Numbered from the stretch's first letter, positions 37,815-46,995 are shown. The stretch: 64,000 nt of DNA from Candidatus Zixiibacteriota bacterium (GCA_050117845.1 JASFLY010000010.1:28812-92811), one strand, 5' to 3'. The notes: generated from the letters alone by a model not told the origin. Made by a program: numbers and translations.

Positions 37815-39761
37815 TTAAGCTTCGCTGTCGCCGCCGTCGAGTTCTATCGCGGCGGCCTTCTCGTCGTTGGCCTTCTTAAACGCCGGGATTAAACGGTCGA
37901 GCGGGACGGCGCCCATGTCCTCGCCGCCGTGAGCCCGTACCGATACCGCCCGGGCGTCGCGTTCGCGTTTTCCGATGATGCCCAAATACGGGACCTTGGC
38001 CATCTCGCCGGCGCGGATCTTGGCGCCCAACTTCCCGTCGGACTCGTCCACTTCGGCGCGCAGGCCGCTTACTCGGAACTCGGCCGCGACCTCCGCGGCG
38101 TACTCCGCCAGGTCGTCGTTGACCGGGATCAGGCGCATTTGCACCGGCGCGAGCCACGGCGGGAAAACGCCGGCGTAATGTTCGAGCAGGGTCCCGAAGA
38201 AACGTTCGAACGAACCCAGCATCGCGCGGTGGATCATGTAGCACTGGTGTTCGCTGCCGTCGGAGCCGACGTATTTGACGCCGAACCGCGGCGGCAGGTT
38301 GAAGTCGAACTGGACGGTGGGGCCCTGCCACTTGCGGCCCAGCGCGTCGATTATCTGAATGTCTATCTTGGGGCCGTAGAATACCGCCTCGCCCTCCATA
38401 CGCTCGAACGGGATATCCATGCGGGAGAGGGTTTCGGCCAGCGCGGCCTCGGCCTCGGCCCATTCCTCGGCGGTGCCGGCGTACTCGTCCGGCTTCTCGG
38501 GGTCGCGGGCCGAAAGCTCCACCCGGTAATTCTCGAAGCCGAAAGAGTGCAAGAGGAAGAGCGCGAGGTCCACGCAGCCGCACAGCTCGTCGACGAGCTG
38601 GTCCGGGGTGCAGAAGATGTGGCCGTCGTCGACGGTGAAGCCGCGGACGCGCAAAAGGCCGTGCAGCGTTCCCGACCGCTCCTTGCGGTAGACGGTCCCG
38701 AGTTCGGCGTAGCGGATCGGGAGCTCGCGGTAGGAATGCACGGTGCTCCGGTATATCGCCACGTGGCCGGGGCAGTTCATCGGCTTGAGGACGTACGGCA
38801 CGCCGTCCACTTCGAAGGTGTACATATTATCCAAGAAGTACTGGAAGTGGCCGGAGGTCTCGAAGAGGCGCGCCCGGGCGAGGTGGGGAGTGGTCACGAG
38901 CTGGTAGCCGCGGCGCTTGTGCTCCTCTTTCCAGAAGGTCTCGATGCGGTCGCGCACGAAGGCCCCGGCGGGATGCCAGTACACCAGGCCCGCGCCCCGC
39001 TCCTCGGCTATGGAGAACAGGCCGAGGTCTCGGCCCAGCGTCCGATGGTCGCGGCGCTTGGCCTCTTCCATTCGCGCGAGGTGGGCTTCGAGTTCCGCTT
39101 CTTCCCGATACGCGGTGCCGTAAATGCGGGTCAGCATCTCGTTGCGCTCGTCGCCCCGCCAGTAGGCCCCGGCGACCGCGGTGAGCCGCAGGGCCTTGAC
39201 GTACCCGGTGGAGGGGAGGTGCGGCCCCAGGCAGAGGTCGACGAAACCTTCGTGCTGGTAGACGATTACCACGTCGCCGGGTATCTCCTCGATGAGTTCG
39301 AGCTTGTACGGGTTATCCGCGAAGAGCTCGCGGGCCTCGGCCTTGGTAATCTCTTCCCGGGAAATGGGGAAGTCGGCGGCGGCGATTTCCGCCATCCGAG
39401 CCTCGATTTTCGGGAGGTCCTCGTCGCTTATAGTCTCGGGCGAGTCGAAGTCGTAGTAGAAGCCGTCGGCGGTCGCGGGGCCCAGCGCGAGTTTCGTCCC
39501 CGGGTACAGCTCGGTGAGGGCGTGAGCCAGGAGGTGCGACGCGGTGTGGCGCAGGATTTCCCGGGCGTCGGTGTCGCCGTAGTCCAGGATGGCCACGGCC
39601 TCGCCGTCCTCGGCGGGGGAGGAGAGGTCGACCAGGCGGTCGCCGCGGCGAGCTACCAGCGCGTCCTCCGCCTTGGCCGCCCGGGCGACGTCGAGCAGAG
39701 TGGCCCCGGCGTCCACTTTTACCGGGTCGTGACCTTCGACGTTAATTTGCAGTTGTGTCAT
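37815..39761 (-). CDS. thrS: Threonine--tRNA ligase
   Basis: TGS domain, RHTASHLLA, GFYYDF, DLCLGPH, GAYWRGDE, RDHR.LG, LKPMNCPGH, GLLRVRGFT, FYGPKID, MIHRAMLGSFERF. Confidence 0.98.
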   Translation of the reverse strand: MTQLQINVEGHDPVKVDAGATLLDVARAAKAEDALVARRGDRLVDLSSPAEDGEAVAILDYGDTDAREILRHTASHLLAHALTELYPGTKLALGPATADGFYYDFDSPETISDEDLPKIEARMAEIAAADFPISREEITKAEARELFADNPYKLELIEEIPGDVVIVYQHEGFVDLCLGPHLPSTGYVKALRLTAVAGAYWRGDERNEMLTRIYGTAYREEAELEAHLARMEEAKRRDHRTLGRDLGLFSIAEERGAGLVYWHPAGAFVRDRIETFWKEEHKRRGYQLVTTPHLARARLFETSGHFQYFLDNMYTFEVDGVPYVLKPMNCPGHVAIYRSTVHSYRELPIRYAELGTVYRKERSGTLHGLLRVRGFTVDDGHIFCTPDQLVDELCGCVDLALFLLHSFGFENYRVELSARDPEKPDEYAGTAEEWAEAEAALAETLSRMDIPFERMEGEAVFYGPKIDIQIIDALGRKWQGPTVQFDFNLPPRFGVKYVGSDGSEHQCYMIHRAMLGSFERFFGTLLEHYAGVFPPWLAPVQMRLIPVNDDLAEYAAEVAAEFRVSGLRAEVDESDGKLGAKIRAGEMAKVPYLGIIGKRERDARAVSVRAHGGEDMGAVPLDRLIPAFKKANDEKAAAIELDGGDSEA

Positions 39762-39780
39762 GATGAACCTCTTACCTTTT

Positions 39781-39810
39781 ATTTTAGCAAAGTTGCCGAT
39801 TTGAAGTCAA
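39781..39810 (-). promoter_or_regulatory. thrS promoter
   Basis: Minus strand TTGACT, 18-nt spacer, TAAAAT with extended -10 TG, 19 nt upstream of the ATG. Confidence 0.6.
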
Positions 39811-39866
39811 CGAGAAAGGGTTTGGGTCGCGCGGCCGCGCCACGCGGCGTTCTTCGTACAGAAAAT

Positions 39867-39895
39867 TTGACATCGGGCCGCGGGGCTTTTATAAT
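39867..39895 (+). promoter_or_regulatory. Perfect consensus sigma70 promoter for the sugar transferase (possibly leaderless)
   Basis: TTGACA (39867-72), 17-nt spacer, TATAAT (39890-95); in-frame GTG at 39903. Confidence 0.8.
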
Positions 39896-39902
39896 CGAAT
39901 AC

Positions 39903-40610
39903 GTGACTCCTCCGCGCGCCCAAGCCGGGAAGGAAGCGACCTTTACGCTGAAGTACGTCAAACACGGGTTCGACGTCGTCGCGGCGTCTCTGGCGCTTCT
40001 CGTACTGTCGCCGCTCTTCGGCCTCATCGCCCTCGCCATAAAACTCACGAGCCCCGGCCCCGTCTTCTTCCTCCAGGAGCGGACGGGGATGCAAGGCCGG
40101 CCCTTCTCCATTTATAAATTCCGAACGATGGTCAAGGACGCGTCCCGCCTCGGCCCCGGCGTGACCGGCGCCGGCGACCCGCGCATCACCCGGGTGGGAC
40201 ACATCCTCCGCGTGACCAAGCTCGACGAACTGGCCAACCTCATCAACGTCGTGCGGGGCGAGATGAGCATCGTCGGCCCGCGGCCCGACCTTCCCAAGTT
40301 CATGTCGTCTCTGACGCCCGAGCAGCGCCGCGTCCTGGAGTTTCGCCCCGGGATGACCGGCCCGACGCAGATCCGTTATATCGCCGAGGAGGAATTCCTC
40401 TCGCCCGTCAACATCGACGACAACTACGTCACTAACGTCCTCTCGGATAAGCTGGCGACGGACCTGGCCTACGTCAACAACTGGACCTTCCGGGAGGATT
40501 TGCTCCTCATCCTCTATACGCCGGTCGCGCTTCTGTTCAAGGTCTTCGGCCGCATCACCGGCCTGTTCCCCGGCCGGCCTCGACCTTTCCCCCGAAACGA
40601 AAAAAAATAA
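39903..40610 (+). CDS. Bacterial sugar transferase (undecaprenyl-phosphate phosphoglycosyl transferase family)
   Basis: KHGFDVV...LSPLF..IALAIK..SPGPVFF.QER.G, YKFRTM, DPRITRVG..LR.TKLDEL..L.NV..GEMSIVGPRP, PGMTG. Start uncertain; the ORF-track start at 37929 is antisense to thrS. Confidence 0.9.
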   Translation: MTPPRAQAGKEATFTLKYVKHGFDVVAASLALLVLSPLFGLIALAIKLTSPGPVFFLQERTGMQGRPFSIYKFRTMVKDASRLGPGVTGAGDPRITRVGHILRVTKLDELANLINVVRGEMSIVGPRPDLPKFMSSLTPEQRRVLEFRPGMTGPTQIRYIAEEEFLSPVNIDDNYVTNVLSDKLATDLAYVNNWTFREDLLLILYTPVALLFKVFGRITGLFPGRPRPFPRNEKK

Positions 40611-40637
40611 AAGGGCCCGACGGGCCCGTTTGTTTTG
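40610..40637. terminator. Probable intrinsic terminator between convergent genes
   Basis: GGGCCC-GAC-GGGCCC hairpin flanked by an A-run and TTTGTTTT. Confidence 0.55.
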
Positions 40638-40655
40638 CTTGAACGCGGCGACGGC

Positions 40656-40817
40656 TTATCGCGGGCCCGGCAGCCGGCGCCAGAAACGAGCCGTCGTCGT
40701 GGTCTCGACCTCGGCCGGCCGCCATCCGGCGAGGCGGACGAAAACAAAGGTCGCGGCCGCGGCCAACGCGCCGATTACGCTGCGGCGGCTTAATCTGTTA
40801 TTCCTGAACGGGTTCAT
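40656..40817 (-). CDS. Small 53-aa protein consisting mainly of a twin-arginine-like signal
   Basis: MNPFRNNRLSRRSVIGALAAAATFVFVRLAGWRPAEVETTTTARFWRRLPGPR; start overlaps the end of the kinase gene; fills the gap to the terminator. Confidence 0.55.
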   Translation of the reverse strand: MNPFRNNRLSRRSVIGALAAAATFVFVRLAGWRPAEVETTTTARFWRRLPGPR

Positions 40818-41586
40818 CTCCGTTTTCCGTCCCGTCCCGCGGTCCGGCGACCGGTATCGTAAAGGTAAAAGTCGACCCGGCGCCGTACGCCGACGTGAAC
40901 CACATTTCACCCTGATGGAATTCTACGATTTTTCTGGCAATTGTCAAGCCCAAGCCGGTGCCCGCTATCTTTTTTTCTCGTACGTCGGCCGCCCGGTAGA
41001 ACCGGGTGAATATCTTCGGGTAGTCCTCTTCCCGGATGCCGGCGCCGGTATCGGCCACGTCCACGCGCAGGGTCCCGTCCTGGGCCGAGACGGTGGCGGT
41101 AACGGAGCCCCCGGCCCGGTTGTATTTAATCCCGTTGGAAATAAGGTTTGAGATAACGCGGCCCATGAGCTCCGGGTCGCACTCTACGAGCGGGACCTCG
41201 CCGACGGCCTCGACGGGCTTAAGCGTCACTCCCGCCAGCCGGGCGCGCGGCTCGTATTCGACCATTATGGTTTGGAGGAGGGCCGGGAAGTCTGTCGGCG
41301 CGGTGCGGAGGCCCACGCTGCGTCCCTCGAGCGCGGTCAGCTCCAGCATCTCGTCGAGCATCTGGTTCAGGCGGGCCAGGCCGGCGTTGATTACGTCGAA
41401 GAACTCGCGCTCCCGCGGCTCCATCCGGTCGGCTAGTTTATCCTCCAGAATCTCGACCGACCCGGCCACCGCGGTCAGCGGGTTCCGGAACTCGTGCACC
41501 AGCGTCAGGAGGTAGTCCTGGCGCCGCTCGCCGGCTTCCCGCACGGCCTCGAGCTCTTTAAGGCATTCCCGCAGTTCGTCGCGCAT
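40798..41586 (-). CDS. Histidine kinase (HisKA + HATPase_c) without a sensor or TM domain
   Basis: H-box VHEFRNPLT, N-box NLISNGIKYN, G1 DTGAGI, F-box IFTRFYR, G2 GTGLGL, GSTFTF. Confidence 0.92.
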   Translation of the reverse strand: MRDELRECLKELEAVREAGERRQDYLLTLVHEFRNPLTAVAGSVEILEDKLADRMEPREREFFDVINAGLARLNQMLDEMLELTALEGRSVGLRTAPTDFPALLQTIMVEYEPRARLAGVTLKPVEAVGEVPLVECDPELMGRVISNLISNGIKYNRAGGSVTATVSAQDGTLRVDVADTGAGIREEDYPKIFTRFYRAADVREKKIAGTGLGLTIARKIVEFHQGEMWFTSAYGAGSTFTFTIPVAGPRDGTENGDEPVQE

Positions 41587-41632
41587 ATCCTTCGATCACC
41601 GTAAGATATTGTTTGTAATCAATTTAGCGTAA

Positions 41633-41661
41633 ATTATATCACAAAAAAAACGCCGCGACAA
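41633..41661 (-). promoter_or_regulatory. Promoter of the histidine kinase gene
   Basis: Minus strand TTGTCG, 17-nt spacer, TATAAT with extended -10 TG. Confidence 0.65.
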
Positions 41662-41692
41662 ACGCCGCGGCGTGGCGTGCTATGGGGCGGCG

Positions 41693-42982
41693 TTAACTCT
41701 CCTTCGTCTTGAACTTGGAAGCCCAGTTGACGCGGGCCGTGGCGAACATGAGCACCGCCAGCGTTATAATAGCGCCGATCGTGATTATAAGGCCCGTGTA
41801 TCCCGGATAGAAGAAGGCGTACGAGAAGAGGACGAGGAACATGAGCTGGGGCATCGTGGCGTAGCTGAAGGCGAACTTAACGCTCCGGGCCAGCGACACG
41901 TAGACGAAGACCAGCAAGCAGGATACGAGACTCGAGAGGAAGAAGGTGAGGTGGATGTTTATGTGGTCCGCGAGGTAGGCGAAGAGGAGGTGGAAGGCGA
42001 AGAAGGCCGCGGCCAAAAAGAAATAATTCATCGGGTGAATGGGGTCCACCGTCCCGACCTTGACCGCCGAGATGATGAACAGGACCGTGAAGAAGAAGAG
42101 GAGCGAAACCGGCGCGAAGAACGACATCCGGCTCGCGATGGGGCCGGGGTTCAACTTCTTGGGCATCTCCATGCCGAGCTGGTAGCCGGTTACGAGGTCC
42201 TTGTATTCCCAGGTGAGGTCCCAGCCGTCGCCCCGGTCCTTTTTAGCGGTGGGGGAGACGCAGCCCTCGGGGAAGTCCACGTCGTCGAAGTCGGTGTGGG
42301 CCGTGAGCGTGAAGTCGCGGACCCGCGATACGCCGGTGCCGAAGGAATACTTCCACCGGTCCATGCCGGGCGACTTGTAGCCGATGACGACGTCCTTGGC
42401 TTCACCCGGTTCCAGCGTAGAGGAAGCGACGATGTTATCGGCCGCGTTGGCCGGGAACTCCACTTCCTCGTCGCCGATGCGGAACGTGAAGTCGTCGTAT
42501 AGGGCGTTGGTGGCCGGGAAGGAGAACGCGACGTAGAAATCCATCGGTTCCTCGGTGTCGTTCACTATGCGGTAATTCGAGCGGAAGTCGGCGACGTAGG
42601 TGCTGAACCACAAAAGGCCCTTCTGCCGGTGTTCGAGATTGAAGGTCACGTCGAGGTCGGATTTGACGGGTTCGAGGTATACGTACTCCTCCACGAGTTT
42701 CTTCTCGGTCGTGGTTTTTTTCGTTTTTTCGACCGGTACGCCGTCGGTGATGGTGTAGCCTTCCTCGGTCTCGTTCTCCCGGACTTCCACTTCGCGGGCG
42801 ACCGTACGGTAGAAAACCGGCGCTACTTGAAGCTGTTCGGTCCCCCACAGTTCGCCCACGGCGCCCCGGCCGAAGTCGTCGGCCGTGTCGGTGCGGTGGA
42901 CCAGCGTGCCCCCCAGGATTGCCCAGGCGACCACCGTGCAAAAGAAAATGAAGATAATGGATACCGTTCTTAGAACTGACAT
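41693..42982 (-). CDS. CreD-like inner-membrane protein
   Basis: One N-terminal TM, large periplasmic region (LWGTEQ.Q.AP, RQKGLLW), C-terminal multi-TM block with IHPMNY. Confidence 0.72.
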   Translation of the reverse strand: MSVLRTVSIIFIFFCTVVAWAILGGTLVHRTDTADDFGRGAVGELWGTEQLQVAPVFYRTVAREVEVRENETEEGYTITDGVPVEKTKKTTTEKKLVEEYVYLEPVKSDLDVTFNLEHRQKGLLWFSTYVADFRSNYRIVNDTEEPMDFYVAFSFPATNALYDDFTFRIGDEEVEFPANAADNIVASSTLEPGEAKDVVIGYKSPGMDRWKYSFGTGVSRVRDFTLTAHTDFDDVDFPEGCVSPTAKKDRGDGWDLTWEYKDLVTGYQLGMEMPKKLNPGPIASRMSFFAPVSLLFFFTVLFIISAVKVGTVDPIHPMNYFFLAAAFFAFHLLFAYLADHINIHLTFFLSSLVSCLLVFVYVSLARSVKFAFSYATMPQLMFLVLFSYAFFYPGYTGLIITIGAIITLAVLMFATARVNWASKFKTKES

Positions 42983-43022
42983 AATCTATAGCCTCCTGAT
43001 GTCTTGCCCATATTTCCGAATA

Positions 43023-44585
43023 TTAGTGGCCGCCGGTGCGACGCCGTAACAGCCAAAATGCCTTTCCGGCGGCGAAGGCGGTCCAACCGCATATAAGGGC
43101 GGCGGCCGCGGCCACCAGATACGCGAACCAGTCCCCATACCGGGCGTAGAAGGTGAGGTAGCGCCGGGGGTAAACGTCGTCGGTTATCTGGTTGCGAATG
43201 TATATCTTGGATTTTCGGACGATCCGGCCGTTGGGGTCGATAAAACAGGTCACGCCGGTGTTGGCGGCGCGGACGAGCCACGAGCGGTTCTCCACCGCCC
43301 TGAAGACCTCCGCGGCCATCGTCTGATAGGGCGCGTTCGTCCGGCCGAACCACGCCTCGTTCGTGATGTTGACCAGAAAGTCCGCCCCCCGCCGGGTTTG
43401 CTCCCGGTTGATTTCGGGGAAAACAGCCTCGTAGCAGATGGACAGGCCGAAGTCGAAGTCGCCGGCGTCGATTATGTCCCAACCCGGCCCGGGCGTGAAG
43501 TCGCCGGAGCCGGTGAATAGCGTCTCGGATATAGCCGGCAGGTCGTGGTCCCACGGGATGTGCTCGCCGAAGGGCACCAGACGTACCTTGGCGTAGCGGC
43601 CCAGCACCTCGCGGTGGGGCGAAATCAAAACGCCGGCGTTGAAGCGGTACATGTCGTGGCCGCGCACCACGTCCGGCCGCGGCTTCCGCTCCACCGTCCC
43701 GGTCAACAGCGGCACGCCCGTCCTCTCCGCGACGTCGAAGACCATCTCCCGGTAATACGCGTTTTCGAAGAGGTAGAACGGCGTCGCCGTCTCGGGCCAG
43801 ATTATGAAATCGGCGTCCTCGTCCATCGCCTCGAACGTTAGGCGCACGAGGATGTCCATGTTCTGTTCGCGGTACGCCGGGTCCCACTTCAAGTCCTGGT
43901 CGATATTGGGCTGAATGACGGCCACGCGTAGCGGCGGCCCCTCGTCCGGCGTCACCCGGGCCAGCGCGCCGTAGAGGCAAAGCACGCCGATTATCCCCGC
44001 CGCCGCGCCGGCCGCCCGCAGCCAGGTCGCGACGTGCCGGTAGTCCTTTAGAACGTAATACACAAGGACGTTTATGGCGACCACCGCCAGCGACAGCGGC
44101 CACACGCCCGTCAGGTCGACTATCTGTATCAACAGGTTCCACTTGTACTGGGAGTGGGCCAACAGGCCCCAGGGAAACGCGAAGTAGCCGAGCGACCGCA
44201 GCCACTCCGCCGCGGTCCAGAGAACCGGCGCCGCGATTATGACGGGGACGCGGCCGTAGCGCCGCGCCGCGACGTAGAGTGCGCCGAACAGGCCGTAGAA
44301 AACGGCGACGTAGAGGACGGCGGCGATGAAGCCGGGAGTCGTGGCGGGGGATATCCAGTACAGCAGGAAGGCGATCCAGTGGACGCCGAAGAGGTAGCCC
44401 AGGCCCAGGCCCTGCCGGACCGTGAGGCCCTCAAACGCGACGAGTAAGGGCACCAGCGCGACGAAGGCCAGCGCCTCGACGTCGAAGCGGGGGAATGCGA
44501 GAACCAGTACCACCGCCGAGAAGACGGCGAGCAGGTAATCGCGGCTTCCGAGTTTTCGGGTGGGGGCCGACATAGGCGGAGTCAA
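43023..44585 (-). CDS. lnt: Apolipoprotein N-acyltransferase
   Basis: LAFP, AEWLRS...FPW..L, IQPNI, IWPETA, YAKVRLVPFGEHIP, ICYEAVFP, NITNEAWFG, RAVENR..LVRAANTG. Start may be the downstream ATG (MSAPT). Confidence 0.95.
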   Translation of the reverse strand: MTPPMSAPTRKLGSRDYLLAVFSAVVLVLAFPRFDVEALAFVALVPLLVAFEGLTVRQGLGLGYLFGVHWIAFLLYWISPATTPGFIAAVLYVAVFYGLFGALYVAARRYGRVPVIIAAPVLWTAAEWLRSLGYFAFPWGLLAHSQYKWNLLIQIVDLTGVWPLSLAVVAINVLVYYVLKDYRHVATWLRAAGAAAGIIGVLCLYGALARVTPDEGPPLRVAVIQPNIDQDLKWDPAYREQNMDILVRLTFEAMDEDADFIIWPETATPFYLFENAYYREMVFDVAERTGVPLLTGTVERKPRPDVVRGHDMYRFNAGVLISPHREVLGRYAKVRLVPFGEHIPWDHDLPAISETLFTGSGDFTPGPGWDIIDAGDFDFGLSICYEAVFPEINREQTRRGADFLVNITNEAWFGRTNAPYQTMAAEVFRAVENRSWLVRAANTGVTCFIDPNGRIVRKSKIYIRNQITDDVYPRRYLTFYARYGDWFAYLVAAAAALICGWTAFAAGKAFWLLRRRTGGH

Positions 44586-44680
44586 GTGACCGTTGGGCTA
44601 TTTATAGCAGAAAAAGGGGCGGCCGTAAACCAATAGTTATCACTCCGACACCCGGAAGCCCGAAAGGGTTGGATTAATTC

Positions 44681-44709
44681 TTGACACGGCCTTCGCTTTA
44701 AGCTATATA
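44681..44709 (+). promoter_or_regulatory. tRNA promoter
   Basis: TTGACA, 17-nt spacer, TATATA, 9 nt before the tRNA 5' end. Confidence 0.6.
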
Positions 44710-44718
44710 AAGGCACGT

Positions 44719-44790
44719 GGCGCTATCGTCTAGGGGTTAGGATAGGTGGTTCTCAGCCATCAGACCGGGGTTCGAATCCCCGTAGCGCTA
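44719..44790 (+). tRNA. tRNA-Glu (anticodon CTC); CCA not encoded
   Basis: Cloverleaf: acceptor GGCGCTA/TAGCGCT, D arm GTCT-AGGGGTTA-GGAT, anticodon arm GGTGG-TTCTCAG-CCATC, T arm CGGGG-TTCGAAT-CCCCG, discriminator A. Confidence 0.95.
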
Positions 44791-44837
44791 ATCGCTCCCG
44801 TTCGCGGCGGGGGCTTTGTTTTACCCGGTAAATTATT

Positions 44838-46967
44838 ATGGCGTCCCGCTTCAAAGATTGGCTCTCCCGCAACCGCTGGCCGGTGGGCATCGCCACGGCG
44901 ACGCTCCTCACCCGCGGCGTATACCTTATTACCGTCAGCCACGACCCCTTCTTCACCTACCTCCGGCATATCCCGGACGCCTTTCTCTTCAACAACTGGG
45001 CCCAGGAGATCCTCTCCACCGGCGACTGGCTCGGCGGCGACTCGGTCTTCTATATCGGGCCGCTATACGCGTATTTCCTCGCGATAATCTACCGCCTGAC
45101 CGGCGGCCCCCACCTCGTCATCGTTCGTATAATCCAGATGGTGATGGAGGCCGGGTCGGCGCTCTTCATATTCGGCTTCGCCCGGCGGGTTTTTAGCGAG
45201 CGCGTGGGCCGGATCGCCGGCATCGGCTGGGTCCTCTACCTCCCGGCGATTTTCTTCTGCGCGTTCCTGCTTCCGGTTTCGCTGGACTGCTTCCTTTTGA
45301 CCGCGTCGTTCTACCTGCTGGCGCGCGGGACGAAGGGGAAGTGGTGGACGATGGCGGGTGCCGGGGCGCTGCTCGGCGTCGCCGCCCTCGACCGGGGAAA
45401 CCTGCTTATCTTCGTCGCGGCCGCGGTCCCGGTTTTCATTATCTATATAAAGAAAATTGGGTGGCGCCGGGCGCTCGCGTATTACGCGGCGTTCGCCTCG
45501 CTCGTGGCGATAGTCACGGTTCGCAACGGCGTCGTCGGCGGGGACTTCGTGCCCATCTCCTCGCAGGGGGGCCTCAACTTTTACATCGGCAATTCCGAGG
45601 AGGCGAACGGCGTCTACTGGAACCTGGGCAGCGTTTACCAGGGCCGGCCGACGGAACTCAACCGGGACCTGGCGACCGCCGTGGCCGAGGAAGCCGAGGG
45701 TCGGGAACTCAAGCCCTCCCAGGTCCAGCGCTACTGGTTCCGCCGGAGCTTCGACTGGATCCGCGAAAACCCGGGCGACGTGGCGACGCTGTATTGGAGG
45801 AAACTCCGCTTCGCCATAAACGACTACGAGGTCAGCCTCAACGTCGATTTCTACTTCATGAAATTCGTGACGCCGTTCCACAGGTTCCAGTTCCCGTGGT
45901 TCGGCCTGGTGTTCCCGTTCGCCGTTATCGGCCTGGTAACGGGGTGGAGGAAATCGTCGTTCCCCCGGACGACGGGGGCGGTGTTCGCGGCGTCGTATCT
46001 GGTATCCCTTCTGATATTCTTCGTATCGGCGCGGTACCGATTCCCGCTGGTGCCGATGCTCCTGGCGTTCGGGGCCGCCGGGGCCGCGAAGTGGTACGAC
46101 CTGTGGCGGGCCTGGCGCTGGAAGCCGGCGGCGCTGGTGACCGCGGCCGTTATAGCTATAGGCGCGTTCACGATGTACCCGCCGCCGAACGCCACGCGAG
46201 TCTCGGCGTTCGGCCAGAGTTATTACCGGTACGGCAAGTATTACTTCGACGATGGCGACTACAATAAGGCCGTGTACTATTTCTCGAGGTCCACCGCGCT
46301 CGCCCCCGAATTCTACCAGGGTTTCACCATGCTCGCCGCCTCCTACGAGAAACTGGGGCAGTACGACACCGCCCTCGATACCTTCTGGCAGGGTACGTTG
46401 GTAGCGCCCGAGAACCCCATGATGCATTTCAATTTCGGCGTGGCGCTCGGGAAAGCGGGCCGCTACCCCCAGGCGATAGCGGCGCTTACGAAAGCTCTGG
46501 AGCTCAACCCGGAATACACGGACGCGGTGGTCCAGTTAACCGAGGTGTACATTGCCCTCGGCGATTACGGCCGGGCCGCGATGTGCTCGCGCCGTTTAAC
46601 CGAGCTCGCGCCGGAGGACGCGACGGCCTGGAAGCGTCACGCCGAGTTGCTGTACCAGACGGGGCGGCACGGCGACGCCATGGCCGCGGCCTCCCGGGCC
46701 ATCGAGCTCGACCCCGCCATGCCGGGGCCGGGTGCCATGATAGGCCGGATATATTACGAGAGCGGCGATTACGGCGAGGCCATCCGTTTCTTCGAGCGGG
46801 AGGCCGAACTCCAGCCCCGCTCGAACGAGGTCTACGCGTTCCTGGCCACGCTCTACGGAAAGGTCGGGAGGGCGGCCGACGCCCGGGCGGCTTACCGGAA
46901 TTACCTGAACTTCGGCGGCCGGCCGGACCCGACCTTCGAGCGCGACATGGGCATGGCGGCCCCCTGA
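44838..46967 (+). CDS. Membrane GT-C (PMT/ArnT-like) glycosyltransferase with C-terminal TPR repeats
   Basis: Many TM helices; PDAFLFNNWA, GPLYAYFLA, ISSQGGLNFYIGN, ARYRFPLVP; about six TPRs (e.g. HFNFGVALGKAGRYPQAIAALTKALELNP). Confidence 0.82.
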   Translation: MASRFKDWLSRNRWPVGIATATLLTRGVYLITVSHDPFFTYLRHIPDAFLFNNWAQEILSTGDWLGGDSVFYIGPLYAYFLAIIYRLTGGPHLVIVRIIQMVMEAGSALFIFGFARRVFSERVGRIAGIGWVLYLPAIFFCAFLLPVSLDCFLLTASFYLLARGTKGKWWTMAGAGALLGVAALDRGNLLIFVAAAVPVFIIYIKKIGWRRALAYYAAFASLVAIVTVRNGVVGGDFVPISSQGGLNFYIGNSEEANGVYWNLGSVYQGRPTELNRDLATAVAEEAEGRELKPSQVQRYWFRRSFDWIRENPGDVATLYWRKLRFAINDYEVSLNVDFYFMKFVTPFHRFQFPWFGLVFPFAVIGLVTGWRKSSFPRTTGAVFAASYLVSLLIFFVSARYRFPLVPMLLAFGAAGAAKWYDLWRAWRWKPAALVTAAVIAIGAFTMYPPPNATRVSAFGQSYYRYGKYYFDDGDYNKAVYYFSRSTALAPEFYQGFTMLAASYEKLGQYDTALDTFWQGTLVAPENPMMHFNFGVALGKAGRYPQAIAALTKALELNPEYTDAVVQLTEVYIALGDYGRAAMCSRRLTELAPEDATAWKRHAELLYQTGRHGDAMAAASRAIELDPAMPGPGAMIGRIYYESGDYGEAIRFFEREAELQPRSNEVYAFLATLYGKVGRAADARAAYRNYLNFGGRPDPTFERDMGMAAP

Positions 46968-46995
46968 CGCCGTACGATTATTTTAGGGAAACAAG

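Noticed and set aside
39762..39810. T-box or thrS translational operator
   Set aside because: The promoter lies 19 nt from the ATG, leaving no room for a structured leader.
37929..39902. 893-aa plus-strand ORF as a large sugar-transferase fusion
   Set aside because: The first ~610 codons are the antisense shadow of thrS and the next ~50 cross the divergent promoter region; only the part after the promoter at 39867-39895 matches a family.
44719..46967. Genomic island integrated at tRNA-Glu
   Set aside because: No integrase nearby, no duplicated tRNA 3' end noticed in the window, and flanking genes have host-like composition.
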